Position numbers and translations under genes: made by a program
The notes under the pieces: generated by a model
What the model was told of the DNA's origin: nothing
The model's input: the letters and a program-made list of their open reading frames with translations, nothing else
Database searches by the model: none
NCBI GenBank assembly: GCA_965116415.1
Contig: OZ220693.1
Span: 2,488,806-2,552,805 of the forward strand
Source of the DNA: Dehalococcoidia bacterium
GTDB taxonomy: Bacteria; Chloroflexota; Dehalococcoidia; Lucifugimonadales; UBA1123
Direction of reading: 5' to 3'
DNA: 64,000 bases
Part shown: piece by piece, positions 29,221 through 38,368 of the stretch
Layout of the letters: every line of letters begins with the position of its first letter
Numbering within the stretch: position 1 is the first letter of the stretch

Positions 29221-29394
29221 GGGCTTACAGGGGTAGGTATTCGAGGTTTTCACCCTCACCCCTACCCTCTCCCTGAGGGAGAGGGGGTCGTCGGCTGGAG
29301 TTCGTCCCTGTCTGTTCAAGCATAGCTACCCCTGTAAGCCCCTGATGGGAGAGGGCCAGAGCCTGCCCCGGACTTGATCCGGGGGAGAGAGTGA
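29221..29394. repeat. composite REP/MITE-like cluster (reverse type-A palindrome flanked by a 16-bp inverted repeat, then a type-B hairpin unit)
   Basis: gggcttacaggggtag (29221-29236) is the reverse complement of ctacccctgtaagccc (29326-29341). Core ttcaccctcacccctaccctctccctgagggagaggggg. Then gggagagggccagagcctgccccggacttgatccgggggagag. Confidence 0.85.
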
Positions 29395-29395
29395 T

Positions 29396-30187
29396 CTACA
29401 TTACCGACCGCACCAGACCGCCGTCCACCAGCATCGTCGTGCCGGTGATGTAGCTCGACCGCGACGACGCCAGGAACGCTACCAGGTATGCCAGTTCCCG
29501 CGGCTCACCGATGCGCTTCAATGCCGTCTGTTCCGCCCGCTGCTCCAGTGCGTCTTCAATGGAAATCCCCTGCGTCCGCGCCCGATCCTCCACGTTCTCC
29601 ATCATCCGCTCCGACATGATGCTGCCAGGGCACACGTTGTTGATGAGTATGTTCTCGTGCCCGATGTCGTCGGCCAGGTTCTTCATAAACCCGATGACGC
29701 CCATCCGCGTTGCCGCCGACAGCGCCAGGTTCGGTATCGGCGTATAGACCGTGCTGGCCAGGATGTTGATGATGCGTCCGCCACCCTGTGCCCGCAGATG
29801 CGGCAGCGCCTCCCGTGTCATCCGCGCGAAGAAGAACAGCGAGCGATTCGCCGACACCTGCCACAGCTCTTCGGTGGAGTCCTTGGCATAGGCTTGCGGC
29901 GGCCCGCCGGAATTGTTCACCATGATGTCCAGATGCCCGAAGCGTTCCACCGTGCCTGCCACCAGCTCGGCTATGGTCTCTTCCCTGTCCAGGTCGCCGG
30001 CAAAGGTGAAAATCTCTGCTCCCGTAGCGCTTCGTATCTCGTCCGCCGCCCGTTCCAGGTCTGATGCCGTGCGCGCGCACATCGCCACCCGCACGCCCTC
30101 CTCTGCCAGCACCTCCGAGCACGCGCGTCCCAGACCCTTGCTGGCGCCGCCCACAATCGCTACCTTGCCGTTCAGTTCCAGGTCCAT
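29396..30187 (-). CDS. SDR-family oxidoreductase (FabG-like)
   Basis: GGASKGLG and NNSGG motifs. LAS...PIPNLALSAATRMGVIGFMKNLA. The classical YxxxK is not evident by eye at the expected position (SAATR), suggesting a divergent subfamily. Confidence 0.8.
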   Translation of the reverse strand: MDLELNGKVAIVGGASKGLGRACSEVLAEEGVRVAMCARTASDLERAADEIRSATGAEIFTFAGDLDREETIAELVAGTVERFGHLDIMVNNSGGPPQAYAKDSTEELWQVSANRSLFFFARMTREALPHLRAQGGGRIINILASTVYTPIPNLALSAATRMGVIGFMKNLADDIGHENILINNVCPGSIMSERMMENVEDRARTQGISIEDALEQRAEQTALKRIGEPRELAYLVAFLASSRSSYITGTTMLVDGGLVRSVM

Positions 30188-30307
30188 TGTCAGCCCGGCC
30201 TCCTCAATTGCTGCCGCCGATTATAGCAAGTGAGGCTGGAACCTTTTCAGTGGCCTGGTTGGCACTCAGTCACAATTGGCGCTGGGCTTGTTGTCCTTCA
30301 AAGGTGC

Positions 30308-30360
30308 CTCCCCACCCGTCACGCGGCGGCAACGTACTCTTCGGGGTAGCGGTAGTGTTC
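30308..30360. repeat. 53-bp direct repeat, copy 1 (orphan copy of the TrkH-like gene 3' end)
   Basis: ctccccacccgtcacgcggcggcAacgtactcttcggggtagcggtagtgttc matches 37116-37168 at 52 of 53 positions. The reverse strand reads EHYRYPEEYVAAA-stop. Confidence 0.9.
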
Positions 30361-30401
30361 AAGCGGTATCCCGACCAGCAGGTCGTACTCAATGAGCGAC
30401 G

Positions 30402-31052
30402 TCACGCACGTCCGGTCTCGTGGGCCCAGATTGCGAGCTCGACCCGATTTCGGACATCGAGCTTTGTCATGAGGCTCGTGAGGTGCGTCTTTACGGTGCT
30501 GAGGCTGACGTGAAGCTCGCCGGCTATCTCGGCGTTGGTCAGGCCGTGAGCGACATGAGAGATCACCTCTTCCTCCCGTTCAGACAGGGGTGACGCAGGC
30601 CGAGGAAGCCTCCCCACGCCCGGACCGCGTGCAAAGGTCGAGAGCAGCCTTGCGGTTACGCTGGGGCTGATGAGCGCATCGCCATCGGCTGCGGCCTGAA
30701 TAGCCTGGACCAGCAGTTCCGGACCCGCGTCCTTGAGCACGAACCCTCGCGCACCGGCTCTGAGGGCGTTGTACACGTACTCGTCGAGGTCGTAGGTGGT
30801 GATCATGACTATGGCGAAGGGTGAGTCGGCCTGCGGCCCAGCCAGTATGCGAGTGGCCTCGATACCGTCCATCTCGGGCATGCGGATGTCGAACAGGCAG
30901 ACGTCGGGACGTAACTGACGGGCAAGCGCGACCGCCTGGACCCCGTCTGCGGCTTCGCCCACCACCTCTATGCCGGGCTGGTGGTCCAGGATCACGCGGA
31001 GCCCGGCACGGACGAGTGCCTGGTCGTCGGCGATCAGAACCCGGACTGCCAC
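30402..31052 (-). CDS. NarL/LuxR-family response regulator
   Basis: Receiver motifs VLIADDQ and FDIRMPEMDG. C-terminal HTH LSEREEEVISHVAHGLTNAEIAGELHVSLSTVKTHL. Confidence 0.9.
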   Translation of the reverse strand: MAVRVLIADDQALVRAGLRVILDHQPGIEVVGEAADGVQAVALARQLRPDVCLFDIRMPEMDGIEATRILAGPQADSPFAIVMITTYDLDEYVYNALRAGARGFVLKDAGPELLVQAIQAAADGDALISPSVTARLLSTFARGPGVGRLPRPASPLSEREEEVISHVAHGLTNAEIAGELHVSLSTVKTHLTSLMTKLDVRNRVELAIWAHETGRA

Positions 31053-31055
31053 GTC

Positions 31056-32195
31056 CTACCCCCTGGTCTTGGGTATCTGTGCATCGACCACCCAACGGCC
31101 GGCCCGCCCGCGGCCGGCGCTTAGCTGACCTCCCAGCAGGGACACCCGTTCGGTCATGCCGATGACTCCATAGCCGGAACCGAGACGGGTTCCAGGCCTG
31201 ACCGGGTCTCCGTCGTCCGTCACGGTCAGGTGTACGGCGTCGGCTGACCCATTGATGTGAACTGAGATCCGGCTCGCGCGGCGAGCATACCTCCGGGCGT
31301 TGGTGATGGACTCCTGCACGACCCTGTACAGTCCCGCCTCCAGAGATGCTCCCAGATCATCCAGGTCACCATCCAGATGGACTCGCACCGGTGTCTCTCC
31401 GGCACTGGTGTTGGCGATGCGTTCGATGTCGGCGACGGTGTGATGCGACTCGACCGGAGAACTCGCGTCGCGGAGTACGCCGATGATCTGGCGCATGTCC
31501 TGCAGGCTGCTGGATGCGGTATCTTCGATCGTCGCCAGCGTCTCCAGGACGGCTTCCGGGTTAGATGCTGCCATGGCGCGTCCGGCCTGCGCCTGGATGG
31601 CAATGGCAGTCATTCGATGAGCCAGGGTGTCGTGGAGCTCGCGAGCGATCTGCTGGCGCTCATTGAAGCGCGACTCACGGGCTTTCGCATGGCGCAGCTC
31701 CGCAAGATGCCGGGTGACGGCGCCGGTGATAACCGGGAGGCAAATTACAACTCCCTTGAGGACCATGACCGGGAAACTGTCCGATGGGATGTTCCAGGCG
31801 ATCATCCAGCAGACAGCGGCAACGCCCAGGCCTATCCCAATGTGCCGGCCGGGAGCCCAGCGCACCAGGACATGCGTCAGCACAAGCAGGGCAGCCGGGT
31901 TCACCAGGGTACTCTCGACGTCCACGATGAACATTTCAATGTGCAGCAGGCCATATCCGCCGAAGACGATCATGGTCGCAGGAAGCGGATAGCCGCGCGC
32001 CCACGGAGTCACCAGCGGCGCGATCACGGCCACGCCGGTCACCACGGGACGCCATCCAAGGTCCGCCCGCAGGACCCCCTCCAGCAGACCTGCGACGACC
32101 AGCGCGAGCATGAGAAGCCAGTCCCTCCAGGACTGTTCCGGGGGATCAAGAGACAGGGGCAGCCCCAGCAACCTCTGCAACGCGCCCGCAAACAT
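31056..32195 (-). CDS. membrane sensor histidine kinase (HisKA_3)
   Basis: H-box ELHDTLAH; ATPase motifs VQESITNARRYA and DDGDP. The ORF runs to 32306; I prefer Met38 (MFAGALQRLLG) as the start. The stop lies 3 nt before the regulator gene start. Confidence 0.85.
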   Translation of the reverse strand: MFAGALQRLLGLPLSLDPPEQSWRDWLLMLALVVAGLLEGVLRADLGWRPVVTGVAVIAPLVTPWARGYPLPATMIVFGGYGLLHIEMFIVDVESTLVNPAALLVLTHVLVRWAPGRHIGIGLGVAAVCWMIAWNIPSDSFPVMVLKGVVICLPVITGAVTRHLAELRHAKARESRFNERQQIARELHDTLAHRMTAIAIQAQAGRAMAASNPEAVLETLATIEDTASSSLQDMRQIIGVLRDASSPVESHHTVADIERIANTSAGETPVRVHLDGDLDDLGASLEAGLYRVVQESITNARRYARRASRISVHINGSADAVHLTVTDDGDPVRPGTRLGSGYGVIGMTERVSLLGGQLSAGRGRAGRWVVDAQIPKTRG

Positions 32196-32394
32196 GCCCG
32201 AAGTGTAGCAAACGTAAATTGCGGTCGCATTGACCGAAAGTACGACCTCCGACCTGGCCGATCTGCCAGAGTGAATCGGTACCTTCTCCCGATTCGCGGC
32301 CGTCACGCACGTGTCAACATTGCGTCTGAGTTCGGTCGGCGCAGTCGTGGCCCATGGGAACGGACCCCACTCGCCGGGTGATGGGAGGAGTCCG

Positions 32395-32850
32395 ATGATT
32401 CAGCAGGGACAGAGGCTGTACAGGAGTCGCGAAGAACGGCTCCTGTTCGGAGTTGCGGGAGGCCAGGCCGAGTATTTCGATGTCGATCCCGTCCTGATCC
32501 GTGTGGGGTGGGTTGTGCTGATCCTGGCCACTGCGGGGATCGCCGCAGTGGCCTACATCGTACTGGCGGTAATCACACCCAAGAGCAGGCAACCTGTATC
32601 CAGGGAGGTAGAAACAGTGAACGACAGCTCAAGGGAAGTCTCCGACAGGGCAGTCGGACCTGATCCGGCTGAGGGTTCTTCAAGGCGACATACGGCCAGG
32701 AACGTGTTTGGGGTCGGCCTTATCGTCGTGGGCTCGATCCTACTGCTGCAGAACCTGGAGCTATTTGGCTCGATTCGATGGGACATCGTCTGGCCCGTGG
32801 CCCTGGTGGTCCTGGGCGTGATCGCCCTGCTGCCCTCCATCCGGCGCTGA
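32395..32850 (+). CDS. PspC-domain membrane protein (copy 1)
   Basis: GGGAGGAG precedes the ATG at 32395. RLYRSREERLLFGVAGGQAEYFDVDPVLIRVGWVVL is a canonical PspC domain. It is divergent from the kinase gene. Confidence 0.8.
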   Translation: MIQQGQRLYRSREERLLFGVAGGQAEYFDVDPVLIRVGWVVLILATAGIAAVAYIVLAVITPKSRQPVSREVETVNDSSREVSDRAVGPDPAEGSSRRHTARNVFGVGLIVVGSILLLQNLELFGSIRWDIVWPVALVVLGVIALLPSIRR

Positions 32851-32856
32851 ACGTTC

Positions 32857-35310
32857 ATGAGAGCGCACCTGATAAATCTTCTATCGCGCCTGAGACGCCG
32901 GCGCTTCGTCATCCTGGGAATCGTACTTGTCATTGTGATCGCAGGAGCACTCCTGGTGCTGCGTGTCACCTCAGACCCCGATTCGGTTGTGCTGGAGGAA
33001 GAGCAGCAACTCATTCCGGTGAGACGCGGCGACCTCGTGGACGCGATCAAAGTCACCGGCAGCGTGAGTTTCCCTGACCGGGAGAACATGACCTTCGGGT
33101 CGGATGGTGTTGTCGAGGACGTGCTCGTCAAGGAGGGCCAGCGGGTCTCAGCCGGAGACCTGATTGCCACCTTCGACGCCGAAACCGTGGCAAGGCTGGA
33201 ACGCGAGGTCACTGACGCCCGCGCAGGTGTGCGAGACGCGCGGTCCGAGCTCGATGCCCTCGTCGATCCGCCGGACCTCGTGGTCGTGGGGGCTGAACAC
33301 AGGGTCGCAGTAGCACAGGTCACCCTGGCTGACGCAGTGGAGGCCCTCGACCGAATAACCAGCCCTACCGATCTACAGATTGCGCAGACAGAAGCCAAGG
33401 TCTCCACAGCGCTCCTGGAACTCGAAAGGGCCGAAGAAGCTCTGGCGGAGGGAGTCGCACCCACATCGGAGATTGAACTGGCCCAGGCGAGGATGCGGGT
33501 CACAGACGCCGAGATAGCGCTTGCGGAACTCGCAAACACTCCTGGCCAGTTGGAACTGGTTAAGGCAGAGTCGAGGGTCGCAGATGCCGAGGTGGCGCTT
33601 CGATCCGCCATCGAAGCTCGGGACGACTACATGGATGGTCCCTCGCAGGAAGACCTGCAGGACGCCAGTGACGCGGTTGCGGTAGCTGAAACGGAGCTTG
33701 CAAACTCCCGGTCGGCTCTTGACGTGGCGGAGCAAGAGTGGGCCGCAACGACCGACGAAGCCCAGGCCGCACTCGATTCAGCGTCTGAAACGTACTCAGC
33801 GACTTTCCAGAAGTGGCTCGGAATCCAAACGGACCTCACTTCGGTCGGCCCGGACTACGAGACTGCCTTCGCGGACTTGGGTATCGATCTAGACATCCTG
33901 TTCGCATTGCCGGAACGCTTCAGCGGCCTGGACTACAACGCACCTAATCTGCCCCCTAACGACCCGTCTACGCCCTGGGACGAGACCCAGGTATACGTAT
34001 GGCTGCACTTCTCGAGGTCAGACCTCGTGGCCACATGCGACAGCGGTGACCGTCCCACCTTCGGTGTCTGTATAGAGGAGGAGTTCCGCACCGCAAGCGA
34101 TGCCTACCGGAACGCCATCGGCAGAGTTGCGGAAGTTGAGTACCGGGCGTCCAACGCCATCGCCGCCGCCCATGCCAGGGTTGCAGATGCCGAGACCAGT
34201 CTTCGAGCAGCCTCAGAGAGACGCAGAGAACTCGAAGGCCTACCGGACCCGCTGGTGACCGAGCAGTTGAAAGCCGCGGTCCGTGAGGCTGAGGAGAGCC
34301 TGGGCGGTGCAGGAAGGGACCTGGCGGACCTTGCACAGCCTTCGGACCTTCTCATCAGGGGTCGACAGCACAGAATCGAAGTCGTCAGGGCGACACTGGA
34401 GGATGCCCGTGAAAGGTTCAATGAACTGATTGCGCCCAGTGAATCGTCTGAGATCGCGGACCTGGAAGTGCGGGTCACTCTCGCAAGGGCCAACCTGGAA
34501 GAGGCACGGACCGAGTTGGATGATCTGACGTCCGGAGCTAAGCATCCCGAATACGAGGCCTCCCGGCTTGCGGTCGATGTCGCTCGCGAGACCCTCGCAG
34601 AAGAGAGCGAGAAACTCGCCACCCTTACCGGAGGCCCGGACCCCATTGATCTTGCCCTGATTCAGTCGAAGCTCGATGCTGCAAGGACGCTGCTCTCCGA
34701 GTCCGAGCAGCGACTTGGTGACGCCACCCTGGAGGCCCCCTGGGACGGCTTCGTCTCACGAGTAGAGGCCAGGGCCGGCAGGGAGATCAAGGCCACGGAC
34801 GTGGTCGCCGTACTGGTGGATACCAGCGTTGTGGAGATAGACGGTGACGTGGATGAGGTGGACGTGCTGAGAGTACTGATCGACGCAATCGCGGAGGTGC
34901 GCATGGACGCCCTCCCTGACCGGACAATCGACGGTACGGTCTCATTCGTGGGTGCGGAGGCAAACTCGGAACAGGGCGTCGTCAGCTATCCCGTCCGGGT
35001 CCGGATCGATCTCCCGCAGGAGCTGAAGGCCCCCGAGGGGCTCAGCGCGGCAGCCTCCATCACAATCAGCGAGCACAGAGACGTCCTTCTGCTCCCGGCC
35101 AACGCGATCCGGGGCAGCTTCACACGCCCAACCGTCAACGTCATGGTGGACGGCGAAGTGGTCGAGACGCCGGTCACCCTGGGCGAGAGCGACGACTTCT
35201 GGACGGCAATCACCGACGGCGTTCAGGAGGGAGACATGGTCGTCGCAGAGTCCGACGTGTCGATTCCTGAACTGGCCGGGGCCCATGTAGAGGCTGGGTC
35301 ACAGCCGTGA
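32857..35310 (+). CDS. HlyD/MacA-like periplasmic adaptor with an unusually long coiled-coil (817 aa)
   Basis: N-terminal TM, VTGSVSF...FGSDGVVEDVLVKEGQRVSAGDLIATFD, about 450 aa of heptad-rich helical sequence, then a C-terminal beta-barrel-like region. Confidence 0.75.
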   Translation: MRAHLINLLSRLRRRRFVILGIVLVIVIAGALLVLRVTSDPDSVVLEEEQQLIPVRRGDLVDAIKVTGSVSFPDRENMTFGSDGVVEDVLVKEGQRVSAGDLIATFDAETVARLEREVTDARAGVRDARSELDALVDPPDLVVVGAEHRVAVAQVTLADAVEALDRITSPTDLQIAQTEAKVSTALLELERAEEALAEGVAPTSEIELAQARMRVTDAEIALAELANTPGQLELVKAESRVADAEVALRSAIEARDDYMDGPSQEDLQDASDAVAVAETELANSRSALDVAEQEWAATTDEAQAALDSASETYSATFQKWLGIQTDLTSVGPDYETAFADLGIDLDILFALPERFSGLDYNAPNLPPNDPSTPWDETQVYVWLHFSRSDLVATCDSGDRPTFGVCIEEEFRTASDAYRNAIGRVAEVEYRASNAIAAAHARVADAETSLRAASERRRELEGLPDPLVTEQLKAAVREAEESLGGAGRDLADLAQPSDLLIRGRQHRIEVVRATLEDARERFNELIAPSESSEIADLEVRVTLARANLEEARTELDDLTSGAKHPEYEASRLAVDVARETLAEESEKLATLTGGPDPIDLALIQSKLDAARTLLSESEQRLGDATLEAPWDGFVSRVEARAGREIKATDVVAVLVDTSVVEIDGDVDEVDVLRVLIDAIAEVRMDALPDRTIDGTVSFVGAEANSEQGVVSYPVRVRIDLPQELKAPEGLSAAASITISEHRDVLLLPANAIRGSFTRPTVNVMVDGEVVETPVTLGESDDFWTAITDGVQEGDMVVAESDVSIPELAGAHVEAGSQP

Positions 35311-35324
35311 TGGTGCTCTAGGAC

Positions 35325-36599
35325 GTGAACCCTCTGGACATACTCCTGACTGCGCTGACGTCCCTGGCGTCCAACAAGATGCGTGCCGGGCTGACGCTGC
35401 TGGGCATCGTGATAGGGGTCACGTCCGTCATTGTCCTCATGTCTATGGGACGGGGCGTACAGAAGTCCATAACATCGAGCATCGAGTCATTGGGCAGCAA
35501 CCTGCTGGTTGTCACACCTGGGTCTCCTGTGGCCGATGACGACGAGTTCGCGTTCTTCGGCGCCGCGACCTTTGGTGGCGAAGGCGAGAACCTCACAATG
35601 GATGACGCCTACGCGCTGCTCGACCCCCTGTATGCGCCGTCCATTGCCGCCGTAGCGCCCCAGCAGAGTACCTGGGGGCATGTCGTCGCCCGTGGCAGAG
35701 AGATCGATGCGCCGGTGCTCGGGGTTACGGCCGAGTACCGTGATGTCAGAAACTCCAGACTCACGTATGGGAACTTCATCTCGCACGGACACGTGCTCGA
35801 TAACTCCACGGTAGCTGTGCTGGGACCTGAAGTCTCGGACGACCTCTTCGGTCCCAGAAACCCTGTTGGCCAGCCGGTGCGTATCCGCGGTAGGGAGTTC
35901 ACCGTGATAGGCGTCCTGGAAGACGAGGGCTCTGGCTTCTTCAGTGTAGGGAACGATAAGGTCCTGGTACCCCTTACCACACTCAGCCACAGGATGGTCT
36001 CCGAGGGCCCGGAAAGTGACGAGATCCTGGTCAATTCGATAAATGTACAGGCGGCCAGCTCGGATCTGGTCGAAAGCGCAAAGTCGGAAATTGCGAGTGT
36101 CCTGAGATTCCGACATCGCCTGTCGGGACCGGACGACTTCACGATCAACGATCAGCAGCAGGCCCTTCAGGCTGTCCAGAGTGTCACCGCGGCCATCGTG
36201 GTGTTCCTCGGGGTCATTGCGGGCATAAGCCTTCTGGTGGGCGGCATCGGCATAATGAACATCATGCTCGTGACAGTTACCGAGCGGACTCGGGAGATCG
36301 GAATACGCAAGGCAATGGGGGCAAAACGTCGCGACGTGCTGTTCCAGTTCGTGACCGAGGCTGCGCTGCTCAGCCTGGGCGGAGGCCTGTTTGGGCTGGC
36401 GATAGGCTTTGTGATAGCCGGCGTCATTGACGGCTCGCACCTGTTCGGCGAAGAGTCGGACCCGGTTACCATGGCGGTGACCGGAGACGTGATCGCGCTG
36501 GCGCTCGGGGTGTCGATAATGGTCGGCCTCTTCTTCGGGATCTACCCGGCGATGCGGGCCGCCAGGCTTCATCCCATCGAAGCGCTGCGTTACGAGTGA
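35325..36599 (+). CDS. ABC transporter permease, MacB/FtsX type
   Basis: N-terminal TM, a periplasmic domain of about 230 aa, and a C-terminal FtsX region with TERTREIGIRKAMGAKRRDV. Confidence 0.9.
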   Translation: MNPLDILLTALTSLASNKMRAGLTLLGIVIGVTSVIVLMSMGRGVQKSITSSIESLGSNLLVVTPGSPVADDDEFAFFGAATFGGEGENLTMDDAYALLDPLYAPSIAAVAPQQSTWGHVVARGREIDAPVLGVTAEYRDVRNSRLTYGNFISHGHVLDNSTVAVLGPEVSDDLFGPRNPVGQPVRIRGREFTVIGVLEDEGSGFFSVGNDKVLVPLTTLSHRMVSEGPESDEILVNSINVQAASSDLVESAKSEIASVLRFRHRLSGPDDFTINDQQQALQAVQSVTAAIVVFLGVIAGISLLVGGIGIMNIMLVTVTERTREIGIRKAMGAKRRDVLFQFVTEAALLSLGGGLFGLAIGFVIAGVIDGSHLFGEESDPVTMAVTGDVIALALGVSIMVGLFFGIYPAMRAARLHPIEALRYE

Positions 36600-36655
36600 C
36601 ACTGCCCTTAGCGGACTGGATGGCTTGCCCAGAGCCGACTGGTGGAAGGAATGTG

Positions 36656-37102
36656 ATGGTCCAGCAGAGACGGAGACTGCACAGAAGTCGTGACGACCGG
36701 TTCCTCTTTGGTATGGCGGGAGGGCTGGCCGAGTTCTTTGATATTGACCCGGTGCTGGTCAGGGTGGGCTGGGCGCTGCTTACCGTGGCCACGGTGGGAA
36801 TCGCCGCGCTGGCGTACCTGGTACTGGTGATAGTCACTCCCGACGGCAGCCGGACCGAATCCGCGCCGGTCGACGATCAGTCTGACGAAAGTTCCAGTAG
36901 CATAGTCCATGGTGACACTGACGAAGTACTGCCGAAGAGGCACGTTGTCAGGAACCTGTTCGGGGTTGGCTTTATCATCGTCGGCATGATCGTGCTGCTC
37001 GGGAACCTGGGAGTGTTTGACTCGATCCGATGGGACATTGTCTGGCCCGTGGTCATAGTGATCCTGGGGGTGACCATCCTGCTTCCCTCCATCCGGAGGT
37101 AA
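36656..37102 (+). CDS. PspC-domain membrane protein (copy 2, roughly 60% identical by eye to copy 1)
   Basis: RLHRSRDDRFLFGMAGGLAEFFDIDPVLVRVGWALL. The C-terminus IRWDIVWPVVIVILGVTILLPSIRR parallels copy 1. Confidence 0.8.
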   Translation: MVQQRRRLHRSRDDRFLFGMAGGLAEFFDIDPVLVRVGWALLTVATVGIAALAYLVLVIVTPDGSRTESAPVDDQSDESSSSIVHGDTDEVLPKRHVVRNLFGVGFIIVGMIVLLGNLGVFDSIRWDIVWPVVIVILGVTILLPSIRR

Positions 37103-37115
37103 ACAGCCTGGAAAT

Positions 37116-37168
37116 CTCCCCACCCGTCACGCGGCGGCTACGTACTCTTCGGGGTAGCGGTAGTGTTC
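37116..37168. repeat. 53-bp direct repeat, copy 2 (functional 3' end plus 11 nt of 3' flank of the TrkH-like gene)
   Basis: Matches 30308-30360 at 52 of 53 positions. The single difference is synonymous (GTA versus GTT, Val). Confidence 0.9.
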
Positions 37169-38002
37169 CACCTCAGGTTGAGGTGCATGCGCCATTGCCA
37201 GGCCGATGGTCAGGGGGCCCAGCCTTCCGACCAGCATTGTCAGCATCAGAAGGCACTGTCCGGGGATCGAAAGCTGAGAAGTTGCCCCCGAGGTCAGTCC
37301 TACGGTGTCGAAGGCGGACACTCCCTCGAAGAGCAGGTCGAGCGAGTCCAGTCCGCTGTCCGTGATGCTCAGGCATATGAGCACCCCGAAGATCGCCGCC
37401 ACGGCGACCGTTCCGATCATCAGCGCGCTCATGACCTGACGGTCCGATATCTCCCGTCCGAAGGCCGAGGCGTGCCTACTGCCCTTGATGGCCGACCATA
37501 TCCCTATGAACATCACGGCCAGTGTGTTGATCTTCACGCCTCCCGCAGCAGAAGCTGAAGCCCCTCCCACGAGCATCGATCGGATCGTCCACAGCTTGGC
37601 CGCGTGACCAGTCTCGGAGTGGTCGATCAGCGAGAATCCGCCGCTCCTGGCGCTTACTGGCTCGAAAGCTGCCGTGGCGACCTTCTGGGTGGTGGGCAGG
37701 TCTCCCTGCGTACCCGGATTGCTGTACTCCAGCACCAGGAACGTGCCGATGCTGATAGGCAGGACCAGTGCAGTGACCGCGACAACCAGCTTGGTCGTCA
37801 GGCTGAAGCGTCCGAACCTGCGCCTTGTGACCACGTCCGACAGCACCAGGGCGACGAAAGCGTAGATGACTATCAGGGCAGGCGACAGGCCCCTGCGCGT
37901 CCTGCGGCCGTTCCCGGCCGAGAACGCCGGGCGCTCCAGGTCAGCCCTCCTATGTAGTCTAACCAGCCTGTCCCCCGGCTTTGGTGTCCAGCTGATTTCC
38001 AC
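37127..38002 (-). pseudogene. TrkH/KtrB-family K+ transporter membrane subunit, apparently N-terminally truncated (291 aa)
   Basis: ARSGGFSLID and GGASASAAGGVKINTLAV selectivity-filter-like loops are present. The length is about 60% of typical family members and the first 40 aa are non-hydrophobic. Confidence 0.5.
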
Positions 38003-38368
38003 TTAATGCTTGCCTTCGCTTGAGGTACTCAGAGAGAGTCCGTCAACTCGCTGAGGCCCGGCCGACCTGTCGATTCACCACCCCGAAAGTCACTAACCAC
38101 ATTTCATAAAGAATAGACTAATACGGAACTAGCCTGGATCAATTGTGCTTTATGAGGATTGGCAGACAGCCGAGAGTGCTAGTCTGTTTCCGAGCCAGGC
38201 AGGTCGCACTGTCTGTAGTCGGCAGATCTGGCCATCAGTCGATGTAGAATCTGGTTGTGCCCACGATGAAGACAGTTGACTTGAGAAAGAGATGTTCCTG
38301 CGACAGGACACCTCGGATCAGGGACTCGGCACAGTGACAACCGTGCGCTGCAGACGTGAGGAATTGAC

